Below are positions 1 through 9,560 of a stretch of DNA of 19,077 bases, one piece after another (within the stretch, counting starts at the first letter, position 1; the number at the start of each line of letters is the position of its first letter). This DNA comes from Paraphysomonas bandaiensis. Taxonomy: Eukaryota; Protista; Chrysophyceae. The translations under genes were made by a program, and so were the position numbers. The stretch covers positions 1 through 19,077 of the forward strand of contig CBFFRP010000662.1 in assembly GCA_965644295.1 (NCBI GenBank), given 5' to 3'. The notes beneath the pieces were generated by a model. That model was not told the DNA's origin, ran no database searches, and saw only the letters and a list, made by a program, of their open reading frames with translations.

Positions 1-2
1 CA

Positions 3-41
3 GCGGCGCTGCAACAACTGATCAACGGTATCCAACTGTAA
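3..41 (+). CDS. Possible 3' end of an upstream retrotransposon ORF (...AALQQLINGIQL*), truncated by the window edge
   Basis: Open frame from the window edge to TAA at 39-41, directly followed by a purine tract and the LTR start. Only 12 codons are visible. Confidence 0.35.
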   Translation, partial: AALQQLINGIQL

Positions 42-60
42 AAGAGGAAAGCAAGGGTAG
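40..60 (+). promoter_or_regulatory. Polypurine tract (PPT) before a 3' LTR
   Basis: AAAAGAGGAAAGCAAGGGTAG abuts TGTAA at 61, the exact start of the repeated unit. Confidence 0.6.
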
Positions 61-1564
61 TGTAAAGCTGTGGCGTTCAACTATTATTCCATCGTACTCT
101 CTATTCTCTAGCGGGCATATAATGGACTACAGATGTCGAGAATGAGTGTGACTCACACCAGCGGTGATATGTTGTATTTTATGCATACTATGTTACATCT
201 ATGCTTGTTTGTACACTACACTATGTGATTGCACTGATTATTATTATCATGGCATGTGTATTGAAGTAGTGCTATGCATGTATCACCTATACCATACACT
301 CACACCTCATACACATTACATTCACAATACATTACACCACACCACACATATTTGACATACATTATTATACATCTTATATATATCATTGCATACATACCAC
401 ACTTCACACTTATAACACCGTATGCTGTGTTGGTACTGATTCTTCTCTAGCTGCAGATAGAAGGAATTAGATATCAATGTAGTGAATACATATTCATCTA
501 TACCTTCCAATATATCTGTATGTATGTGTGTCACCATCTATATCCATCATCACACTCTTATCACTTGCATACTGTATGGCATATAGTGCTCGTGCTTGTA
601 TAAGATCCAAGTCTTGTCATAAGCACGATCTGCATGTATACATGACATGAATATGACGTATGTATGATATATGTACACATTGTATCACCTGAGGGTCCAT
701 TCATCTTGTCATGAGGCCATTGATACTCTCTATGTGGTCTTCATATTCCTGGGGAGCGCAGTGGACTCTAACTCCTCGTGTTCATGATGTTTGGAGCCGT
801 GACTTGCGTCGGACGTCTGTCATTATGGACTTGACTAGGGTGCCAAGTGTCATCGTCTATCTCTTACTGGTTATGGAGCGTTGACATGTGTCTACAATGA
901 GCGTTAAGAGCATCATCCTCTTCAGTCTCTTCTCAACTGTTGTTTTTATCGTATGCTGTATTTACTGTATTTGCTGTATACTCCTGGATGCTAATCTGGT
1001 ATGCGGGATGTATGAGACCTTGTACTCCTCTGTATATACGATTGTATGATGCTGTATATGATTCCGAGTATACAGTATTGTGCTGTTGTATATCTGTATA
1101 TGGTCTATAGTACAGTGACGGTATATTGTCGAGTACAAGCATATGATTGGACGATATTCTCATTATGGTGTGCTGGAGACTCTGTTGGTTAGAGTTGGTC
1201 TTCATAGCATTCTACGGGAGTGTTACAGAAAACTGATATGTCCACATAATCAACCAAATCTTGTACAATCTTTTGTAGAATATTGTTCTAGATGTTATTG
1301 TGTGCTTCTAGATAGCTTGTAGAACATGAGTGGTTCTTTATGAGTTATTTTGTGTTCTGCTTGCTGTTCAGTATTTTGTTATTGTGCCTTACACCTTAAC
1401 ACGTAGTTGGAGGTGTCCAGTTATAAGAGCTTGGGGGTGCCTGAGCTATTGTAAGGCTATTAACAAGCACATTCCTCTTCTTATTTTCTTTTTTTATTCA
1501 CATATTTCTTATTTATTTAGTCTTTCATAAGCTGCACCCGGTGTTATACCTCGGGTTAGCTATA
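61..1564 (+). mobile_element. LTR of family A, copy 1 (probable 3' LTR, TG...TA ends)
   Basis: Near-identical to the reverse complement of 2883-4394. Starts TGTAAAGC right after a PPT, and homology ends at ...GGGTTAGCTATA (1564). Confidence 0.7.
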
Positions 1565-1900
1565 CCTTTTTATCTTTTTTGTGATTCGAAAATGGGCTGT
1601 TTTATGCAGAAGTTTGGAAATTAGCAGTTTGATGGGGTTTTGGAGTTCGAAAATAGGCGGTTTACTGGTTAGGGTTAGTTGATGCAATATGGAGACCATC
1701 TTTGGATCATGAACCGATATCCTTTGGACATACCTGTCCTTTGGACATTAATGCATACATATATACTTACTTACTTGGAAGTGTTGGACTGATGTGTTAC
1801 ATCATTGACCTATGGACAATGACACTCTCTAGATTATACATTTGTAGAGAGAGATCACTTTTTACATCCAAGAGAGATCATATAATCTATAATATATATT

Positions 1901-2374
1901 ATGGCAGAATATAACGAAGTCGAAGTCGATGTCGACATGGTTGATTGCATGATAAAGGTTGAATACATGTATGAAGTGTTAGGGCACACGGCATCTATTG
2001 CCTGCAAAGGCTATCCCGGAAAGTTGACCTATTTCGATCAACTTCACCCCTTTGTGTATATTCTAAGTAGTCCAATGGCAGTGAGGATTCTTTGGTCGGA
2101 GAATTTAAGGAATGCACTAATCCGAGAATTCATCCGACAGGGATATCCTTTAGTCCGTCATGCATCACGGGATGATGTGCTCGCGCATTGTGGAATGCGC
2201 ATTTCTGTGTCTATGGTGATGCATGTACTAAGAGAGCTACATATTGATTCTGTTAGAGTCACGACCTATGGGATGCGCCATCCCTTTGATTTTATCTACT
2301 ATCAGTTGGGCGATAAGACGGCGAATCATCCGGATATTCCGAATAGGTTCGATTTTGCGCAAACGGTATTTTGA
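1901..2374 (+). CDS. Hypothetical protein, 157 aa, no recognised family
   Basis: ATG-initiated ORF with globular-looking composition, preceded by TATAATATATATT. Overlaps the tail of the opposite-strand ORF. Confidence 0.45.
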   Translation: MAEYNEVEVDVDMVDCMIKVEYMYEVLGHTASIACKGYPGKLTYFDQLHPFVYILSSPMAVRILWSENLRNALIREFIRQGYPLVRHASRDDVLAHCGMRISVSMVMHVLRELHIDSVRVTTYGMRHPFDFIYYQLGDKTANHPDIPNRFDFAQTVF

Positions 2375-2779
2375 TAACCCATGAACTCGGACGTGGATAG
2401 GAAGCTGTTTAGCGTTAGAAGTGGTAGGCACCATCACTGGAATCGAACCTTCTGAGGTTGCATTATCATCTTCATGGTGTGTGGATGCTTCTGGCTCCAT
2501 AAAACGCTCCTGCTGAGGTGAACAAAACTCTTCTTGGATCTGTTCGGCCATTGCGGCGGTAGTGACCTCTGGATAAGAAACAGGCATAGCTGAGGAGTTC
2601 TCTTGCATCTGATCAGATTTCTTAATTTCCCCACACTTCTTGCAGGCCAATACAAGTAAACTGATCATGTTCTGATTTCTTTGACACATCTTCTGAAGAC
2701 GTAGTTCCAGTCTTCGTTCCAGTCTATCAAAAATCTCCTCCACATCCTTAGAGAACGTAGATCTGCTGGCCAGTTCCAT
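2237..2779 (-). CDS. Putative truncated gag-like ORF1 of the family A element
   Basis: Starts ~100 bp downstream of the end of the minus-strand LTR (2883). Has an N-terminal helical or coiled-coil stretch (EEIFDRLERRLELRLQK) followed by a disordered region. No diagnostic motif. Confidence 0.4.
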   Translation of the reverse strand: MELASRSTFSKDVEEIFDRLERRLELRLQKMCQRNQNMISLLVLACKKCGEIKKSDQMQENSSAMPVSYPEVTTAAMAEQIQEEFCSPQQERFMEPEASTHHEDDNATSEGSIPVMVPTTSNAKQLPIHVRVHGLSKYRLRKIEPIRNIRMIRRLIAQLIVDKIKGMAHPIGRDSNRINM

Positions 2780-2867
2780 GTGACGGGGACTATTGTCTTA
2801 ACTTGACGTAGATATATATATCCTTCCAATAATGTTATCAAAATCTGCAGATTTCAAAGCTGCTTTT

Positions 2868-2887
2868 CTATAGTAAATTTACTATAG
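2868..2887. repeat. Perfect 20-bp palindrome CTATAGTAAATTTACTATAG spanning the LTR/PBS junction
   Basis: Read directly from the sequence. A second perfect palindrome, AAATCTGCAGATTT, lies at 2841-2854. Confidence 0.9.
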
Positions 2888-4394
2888 CTAACCCGAGGTA
2901 TAACACCGGGTGCAGCTTATGAAAGACTAAATAAATAAGAAATATGTGAATAAAAAAAGAAAATAAGAAGAGGAATGTGCTTGTTAATAGCCTTACAATA
3001 GCTCAGGCACCCCCAAGCTCTTATAACTGGACACCTCCAACTACGTGTTAAGGTGTAAGGCACAATAACAAAATACTGAACAGCAAGCAGAACACAAAAT
3101 AACTCATAAAGAACCACTCATGTTCTACAAGCTATCTAGAAGCACACAATAACATCTAGAACAATATTCTACAAAAGATTGTACAAGATTTGGTTGATTA
3201 TGTGGACATATCAGTTTTCTGGAACACTCCCGTAGAATGCTATGAAGACCAACTCTAACCAACAGAGTCTCCAGCACACCATAATGAGAATATCGTCCAA
3301 TCATATGCTTGTACTCGACAATATACCGTCACTGTACTATAGACCATATACAGATATACAACAGCACAATACTGTATACTCGGAATCATATACAGCATCA
3401 TACAATCGTATATACAGAGGAGTACAAGGTCTCATACATCCCGCATACCAGAGTAGCATCCAGGAGCATACAGCAAATACAGTAAATACGGTAAATACGG
3501 CATACGACAAAACAACAGTTGAGAAGAGACTGAAGATGATGATGCTCTTAACGCTCATTGCAGATACATGCCAACGCTCCATAACCAGTAAGAGATAGAC
3601 GATGACACTTGGCACACTAGTCAAGTCCATAATGACAGATGTCTGACGCAAGTCACGGCTCCAAACATCATGAACACGAGAAGTTAGAGTCCACTGCACT
3701 CCACAGGAATATGAAGACCACACAGAGTGTACCAATGGCCTCATGACAAGATGAATGGACCCTCAGGTGATACAATGTGTACATATATCATACATACGTC
3801 ATATTCATGTCATGTATACATGCAGATCGTGCTTATGACAAGACTTGGATCTTATACAAGCACGAGCACTATATGCCATACAGTATGCAAGTGATAAGAG
3901 TGTGATGATGGATATAGATGGTGACACACATACATACAGATATATTGGAAGGTATAGATGAATATGTATTCACTACATTGATATCTAATTCCTTCTATCT
4001 GCAGCTAGAGAAGAATCAGTACCAACACAGCATACGGTGTTATAAGTGTGAAGTGTGGTATGTATGCAATGATATATATAAGATGTATAATAATGTATGT
4101 CAAATATGTGTGGTGTGGTGTAATGTATTGTGAATGTAATGTGTATGAGGTGTGAGTGTATGGTATAGGTGATACATGCATAGCACTACTTCAATACACA
4201 TGCCATGATAATAATAATCAGTGCAATCACATAGTGTAGTGTACAAACAAGCATAGATGTAACATAGTATGCATAAAATACAACATATCACCGCTGGTGT
4301 GAGTCACACTCATTCTCGACATCTGTAGTCCATTATATGCCCGCTAGAGAATAGAGAGTACGATGGAATAATAGTTGAACGCCACAGCGTTACA
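2883..4394 (-). mobile_element. LTR of family A, copy 2 (probable 5' LTR), inserted in a gypsy protease gene
   Basis: Inverted copy of 61-1564. Begins TGTAACGC at 4394, interrupting the protease frame after ...LWQFF. Followed by GTAAATTTAC and an ORF. Confidence 0.7.
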
Positions 4395-4889
4395 AAAGAA
4401 CTGCCATAGTTCTCCAAGAATCGCCGGCATACCTATGATGACTTCGTTCTGCAGCATCTCAAGGACAACGAAATCTCCGGAGTATATAATATCTTGCTGT
4501 TCACTCGATATCTTCATGTCTAATTGGATTGTTGTATCACTTTCAAGTCTTGTCTTGTTGTCAGCCAGCCCGATCTTCAAATTCTTTTTAATAATTCTCT
4601 TGTTCTCTAGTTGTTCTCTTATTTTTGTGAAAATTCTCTTACTGATGTAGTTCGCACACAGGGCTCCAGTGTCGAACAAAACTCTAATCTTATCTGATAT
4701 TACACCATTATTATCAAAATTGCTGCTTAACAGCTGTCCATTAAAATGCACCATGTCCGGGGTAGCTTGAAAATTTCTCACCAAATCCCCCACAATGGCA
4801 CATAACTCATGTGGAGGCATCTTCGACTCATCAGGGTTCGCAAGTATGTTTTCATTATCCTGGTGAGTGCCGGAGACGCCTCCTACCAG
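4395..4889 (-). pseudogene. Ty3/gypsy-like retropepsin (aspartic protease), 5' part of pol, truncated by the LTR insertion
   Basis: VLFDTGALCANYIS catalytic motif, flap-like IGLADN and C-terminal EVIIGMPAI. The frame is open from the gag stop (4892-4890) to the LTR junction. Confidence 0.85.
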
Positions 4890-5429
4890 TCAGGCTCTGG
4901 TCTGGTCCCGCTTCAGGACCTTGGGGTATCCTTCTCTCTCAATCGTGGCCAACTTCTTCATGAAATCAGTGGGAGTCATCTTGTAGAAATCTGCTTCAGA
5001 CACTTCATGGTTATGCATCAGCAAACTTCGTAGTCGCTTTGACAATATCCGTGGAGGTTCTAGTTTGAGGCTGTAAGTGCTCTCCCATTCCATCCACTGA
5101 ATCAAGAAATTGGAGAAATCCGCTAGGTCAGTAGAGTCTAGGAATATGTGCTTGAAGTCTGGCGGTGGCATGTTGATCACTACCATTCGCTTCTCTTCTG
5201 CAGCAGAAACATCTTCAAGGTCTTTCTGGAATCGTGTCTTTCTTGATTGTCTTTCTCTTGCTGAAACATGCGATCCATCATCCCTTTCATCATCTTTATC
5301 AAGAGTGCGCTCGCCCTCCAAAATACTGAGTCTAGATTCGAGTGCGGCAGATCTATCCGCTTGTAAGTCCATTTTCACAACCAAAGACTGTAAAAGAGTC
5401 TTTATAGTGTCTTCTTCGTCAATTTCCAT
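4890..5429 (-). CDS. Gag-like protein of family B LTR retrotransposon (short, possibly internally deleted)
   Basis: Starts at MEIDEEDTIK, about 40 bp after the LTR end. Has a coiled-coil N-terminus and a helical Trp-containing region, and lies in frame directly upstream of the protease. Confidence 0.65.
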   Translation of the reverse strand: MEIDEEDTIKTLLQSLVVKMDLQADRSAALESRLSILEGERTLDKDDERDDGSHVSARERQSRKTRFQKDLEDVSAAEEKRMVVINMPPPDFKHIFLDSTDLADFSNFLIQWMEWESTYSLKLEPPRILSKRLRSLLMHNHEVSEADFYKMTPTDFMKKLATIEREGYPKVLKRDQTRA

Positions 5430-5470
5430 TGTTAACAATATTTTCCGGCTTTTAACCCAAGTAAATTTAC

Positions 5471-6604
5471 TGCAATGGAACTCAGGTTGGGACCTGAGAG
5501 CCAAACTCTAAATAAGCTAAAACTCGCTTTAAGAGAGAGAATGTTGCTTATTATTAACCTATACTACTTCTGCAGTACTAAATGCTTCTCGGCACCCCAA
5601 GAAACTAAAGCACAACTCACCAGCTATGCAGTTCAGTACTAAACAGAAAAGTGACGAGCTACAACAACCAACAAAGAGAGAACAAGCTTAACTAAAAAGA
5701 ATGACGATGCGCTTGAGCGTTGACAGCCACACAGTGACTAAATCCAAATTTTCTGCGAAGGAGTGACGATATTTATGAATATTCTTGGAGAATTCTTCTT
5801 CTTCATACTCTACACATTAATGTATGGACTCTGCCGTATACACTCTCAACTGCTGCTCATCTAAACGATAATGGGCACTCGACCAATCAGCATTGAGAAT
5901 AGGGAAAGCATTGGTTCAGTATTCGCTTCCTGTATTTATACAGTGTAGGGTACAGTATACTGACACCGTATACCTACGAGTGATATAGACGCATACATAC
6001 GATAGAGGAATACTGCAAATACATCATATACAGTGTATACGGTATACAGTGCGGTTGCTGAGAGGAGATGCAGCTCGCTCCTAACTGCCATCTTAATGTG
6101 ATTGCAGCACACATACCGAACATACTTATAAGCGAGCAGATTATCGTGAAAATTGAACAATATGTCCAGAGATGCATTACCATTGTACTCGCTAAAGACC
6201 ACTGCTTCTTCAATTGCCGATATAGAGTACGAGGCGATATAGTATATTGACTGTTCAGCATCAGTACGAGGGTCCACACAGTGTGATGATCAAATGGAAG
6301 GTACCGTAAAATCATGTAATCAGTACGTACAGTCATGACAGGTGATATACAGGTCCTTCTTCCAGACAGAGGCGGTCTATGGCAACCCTTAGTCACCATT
6401 AATTGGAAATGGACATATGCACCACACAGAGGCATATAATAACGGTAAAGAAGCCGCAGACACATCCACTGACTGCAGGAAAAGCACGTATACACTGTTT
6501 ACGTACTATAGGTGATTGTAGAAGCTACATATGTGCATTTACAGGCCACTGGTTGAATATAGAGCCATGTACACATATATACCATATATTAGGGTAAGGA
6601 TACA
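5471..6604 (-). mobile_element. Probable 5' LTR of family B element (distal boundary uncertain, 6604 or ~6644)
   Basis: Ends ...CCATTGCA at 5471 on the minus strand. Shares motifs with the 3' part of LTR A (GAATGT(T)GCTT, GGCACCCC(C)AAG, sub-terminal hairpin, downstream GTAAATTTAC). Candidate TGTAT start at 6604. Confidence 0.45.
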
Positions 6605-6813
6605 ACATATATATATATTCTGTAGAAGGGTCACAACCTATACATATATGTGTGGGTGAAAGAGAGAAACTAGGTTAGTATGTACGCATATATATATGTA
6701 TACATCCAAACTGTAATAATAATAACTCTTCAAAAGAATTATATATCACAGCCCAGCATATAGAATAGAAGATAGTGCTGATGATTATAAACCTGCTTTA
6801 AACCTGCACAGGT

Positions 6814-7177
6814 TTACAGAAAAGTAGATTTATGCTTTTTCTCAGGTTCTTTATTATTATCTCCTAATCCTATTAATCTATTATTCACTTTATTTAATTC
6901 GCCTCGCAATGTGTCTACTTCTCGCGTTAATACACTTGCTCCAGTATTGGGAAAAACACTAGCACCTGTGTTAGAGATCGGTACACCTGTATATTAGAAA
7001 AACGTAGGCTGTAACATAGTCACGCATATTAGGATTATGTTTTATTGGGTCAAAAGCCGCAGCAGTATTGGTCTTTGTCTTCTTTGCTTTCTTCCTCCTC
7101 TTCCTCCTCTTTTTCTTATCATCTTCTTTTATTAGTTTTTTAATATCTTCTATTGTCATTCTGAATTCTTTCACCAT
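6814..7177 (-). pseudogene. Basic (Lys/Arg-rich) viral protein, probably frameshifted or truncated
   Basis: 68-aa ORF (DDKKKRRKRRKKAKK) at 7177-6971. A second frame at 6993-6814 continues with protein-like sequence (NTGASVFPNTGASVLTREVDTLRGELNK). Confidence 0.5.
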
Positions 7178-7216
7178 TATTATAATATAACAAAATAATA
7201 ATAATAATAAAATTAA

Positions 7217-7765
7217 TTAATAAAAATAGTCATGTGGATTAAATGCGGGTTGTTGTCTCACTTGTTGCTTTTGCTTTTGTTTACGCATATGAATATATTG
7301 AATTTCATCCTCTGACTCATCGCTTTCTGTATCGCTCTCTGTCTCACTTTCAGACTCATATATAATTCTTTTTATAGGTTTCTTCTTTGCTTTCTTTTTC
7401 TTCTTTTTATAAATAACTTCCTCTTCTTCGCTCTCACTCTCATTATATTCATTATCATCCTCGCTTTCGCTCTCACTTTCCTCTACTACAGGCTTTTTAT
7501 TCTTCTTCTTCTCTTCTTGTTTTTTTGCCCATATCTCCGCTAATCTTTCCTCCTCTTCTCTCTTCTTTGCTTCTATTTTCTCTTTTCTCTTTAATTGTGC
7601 CTTCTCAAATGCTTTTTTTTGTGCTTCTGAACGTACTTTACGCCTGTTTGGTTTTTCAACTGGTTCTTTTTTGGGACGTCCTACCTTCTTTTTTGTTAAT
7701 GGTGCTTCATCCTCACTAGTCTTAATATTATCTATATCGGATTCGTAAACGTCTTTTTCTTCCAT
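7217..7765 (-). CDS. Highly charged K/E-rich viral protein with an AT-hook-like motif
   Basis: 182 aa with KKKVGRPKK, a helical RSEAQKKAFEKAQLKRKEK segment and alternating poly-K and ESESE tracts. Divergent from the ATPase gene. Confidence 0.75.
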   Translation of the reverse strand: MEEKDVYESDIDNIKTSEDEAPLTKKKVGRPKKEPVEKPNRRKVRSEAQKKAFEKAQLKRKEKIEAKKREEEERLAEIWAKKQEEKKKNKKPVVEESESESEDDNEYNESESEEEEVIYKKKKKKAKKKPIKRIIYESESETESDTESDESEDEIQYIHMRKQKQKQQVRQQPAFNPHDYFY

Positions 7766-7815
7766 GCTTATATATATAAATATAGAAAAAAATATTTTTT
7801 ATAGTATATTATTAT

Positions 7816-8568
7816 ATGCCAAGCAAAAAGAAAAATAAATATAATATAGTTGAAATTAATAATGATTTACCAGAGACAGAGCCGATTAAAGAACATTTCG
7901 GAGTATATATAGATGATATAAACCCAAATTTGCCACGGAGGAATGGGACTATATGGGCTATATGTGGTAAAGGTGGATCGGGTAAGACATCATTATTTTT
8001 ATCGTTGTTTAAATCCAAGAAGTTATTAAGGGCAAAATTTGACGAAGTACATTATATAGTAAATTCTACTTCATTTAATTCGGCCAAAAGCAATCCATTT
8101 AAAGACCATGAAAATATACACCATGAATTAACACCTGACCTATTACACGATATTCATGAGGATGCCTTACAACGACGTGAAGAATGTATAGAAATGGATA
8201 TAGAATGTGAACACACTTGTATTGTAATTGATGATTTCGGAGCTATGTTAAAGGAATATGAAATAGAAAACGCATTAAAGAAAATCATGAATGTTGCGAG
8301 ACATGCAAATTTATATATAGTGTTTATTGTTCAGACCTTTAGAATGATACCAATGGAATTAAGACGTATTTTAACACATGTGACACTTTTTAAACCAAAT
8401 CCTGAGGAATGGAGTATAATAAAACAAGAAATGATTATAGATAATCCTGATAAGTTGGAAGCTATATATAAATATGTTTTTAGTCAGCCTTATAATCATC
8501 TAGACTTATATTTAAAGGAAAATGAGATACGAAAAAATTTTAAATTATTACAAATTGATAGTATATAA
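7816..8568 (+). CDS. A32/FtsK-HerA-family DNA packaging ATPase
   Basis: 250 aa with Walker A GKGGSGKT, Walker B CIVIDD, the ARH arginine motif followed by IVFIVQ, and IPxxLRxxxTH. This is the motif order of Polinton/virophage/NCLDV packaging ATPases. Confidence 0.9.
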   Translation: MPSKKKNKYNIVEINNDLPETEPIKEHFGVYIDDINPNLPRRNGTIWAICGKGGSGKTSLFLSLFKSKKLLRAKFDEVHYIVNSTSFNSAKSNPFKDHENIHHELTPDLLHDIHEDALQRREECIEMDIECEHTCIVIDDFGAMLKEYEIENALKKIMNVARHANLYIVFIVQTFRMIPMELRRILTHVTLFKPNPEEWSIIKQEMIIDNPDKLEAIYKYVFSQPYNHLDLYLKENEIRKNFKLLQIDSI

Positions 8569-8586
8569 TTATCTATTCTTATATTA

Positions 8587-9531
8587 ATGAAAGATTTTTA
8601 TACAAATGAAACTTTTACATATGTGATTGATACAAATAATATGGTATGGGGTGGTGATAACGCCAGCTTTGATTTACCAATGTTAGGCGTATTGCCGTCA
8701 GACGTTGAATATTTTATATGCTGTCCTCTATTTTTTAATTCCACCAGTAATGTGTTATCACAACCTGCTTCTTCAACAATTGTTTTAGAGGCTAAAGATT
8801 TTGTTAATGAGGGATTCAGTACACATAATAACAGCTCCTTTAAAGCAATTACACCCCCTATAATTGCGTCTGAGTTTTCAACACATAGGACAGGATTACT
8901 TAATAATATAAGTAATATGGTATATGTTGTAAAAAACTTTAATAATAAAACTATACGTTTTACCATGCGTAACTGTGAAGGATTTGAACAGGATGTAGTA
9001 GCTAATGGTGGATATAAAAAACACTGGATCTTGTTATTAAGTTTAACACCTATTAGGGATAAGGTTCCAAGATATATAAAAAATAATAGTTCATTTACAT
9101 ATACAATTACTAATTTAAATGCTGTGGGTAGTGCTAATGATTGTTATATTACCTTACCAACGATTAACGATAATTACAATAGCTATTTTGTAGATGTTGT
9201 CAACTTTAAAATAAATGCTGACTCTTTAAATACTGGTCAGTATAGGTATATTAATTTATATGCTTTTGGTTGGGCTGAAAATGGGTATAGTGGTTATTAT
9301 AAATATACTGATAGGATATTAATCGCTGCACCATATATAAAAGTTATTAGCGCTCCCAATTATTTTGCTGGTAATGGATCAGTATTTAAAATATCCAATA
9401 TGAAACAACAGAGATATATACGGTTTAAAATGTATTATCCTTTTATAGGTGAAGAAGTCCCAAGCGGAGATGTTGATAATGGTGAAACAACATATTATTA
9501 TATAACGTGTATTATTAGGGCAATAAATTAA
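8587..9531 (+). CDS. Putative capsid-type protein with two tandem beta-rich (jelly-roll/penton-like) domains
   Basis: 314 aa. Both halves begin FTYxI and contain xGF/Y, (V/I)(K/S)NxxxxxxIRF and a terminal aromatic/hydrophobic strand. Homologous to 9561-10037. Confidence 0.65.
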   Translation: MKDFYTNETFTYVIDTNNMVWGGDNASFDLPMLGVLPSDVEYFICCPLFFNSTSNVLSQPASSTIVLEAKDFVNEGFSTHNNSSFKAITPPIIASEFSTHRTGLLNNISNMVYVVKNFNNKTIRFTMRNCEGFEQDVVANGGYKKHWILLLSLTPIRDKVPRYIKNNSSFTYTITNLNAVGSANDCYITLPTINDNYNSYFVDVVNFKINADSLNTGQYRYINLYAFGWAENGYSGYYKYTDRILIAAPYIKVISAPNYFAGNGSVFKISNMKQQRYIRFKMYYPFIGEEVPSGDVDNGETTYYYITCIIRAIN

Positions 9532-9560
9532 TTTTATTTTCTATAATAATTATATATATA

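Noticed and set aside
164-1530. Short ORFs inside the LTRs (63, 71, 90 and 66 aa, and their mirror copies at 2917-4291)
   Set aside because: They have low-complexity Y/C/I/H composition from TA/CA-rich DNA. They recur only because the LTR is duplicated, and one is frameshifted between copies.
1565-1569. CCTTT after LTR copy 1 as a TSD partner of TCTTT before copy 2
   Set aside because: The match is only 4/5, and the sequence after 1569 does not continue the protease/pol frame.
61-4394. DIRS-like element or DNA transposon with long TIRs
   Set aside because: There is no recombinase, transposase or RT in the spacer and no matching outer TSD. The PPT and PBS-position context fits two LTRs better.
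4344-4394. C-terminus of the 158-aa protease ORF (NAVAFNYYSIVLSIL)
   Set aside because: It is read-through into the inserted LTR, not genuine protein.
5936-6597. ORFs of 113 and 173 aa in the putative LTR B
   Set aside because: No motifs, and the composition resembles the non-coding LTR A frames.
6640-6800. Left TIR matching the right end of the viral island
   Set aside because: Only a short ACTCTTC/GAAGAGT match was found, which is expected by chance.
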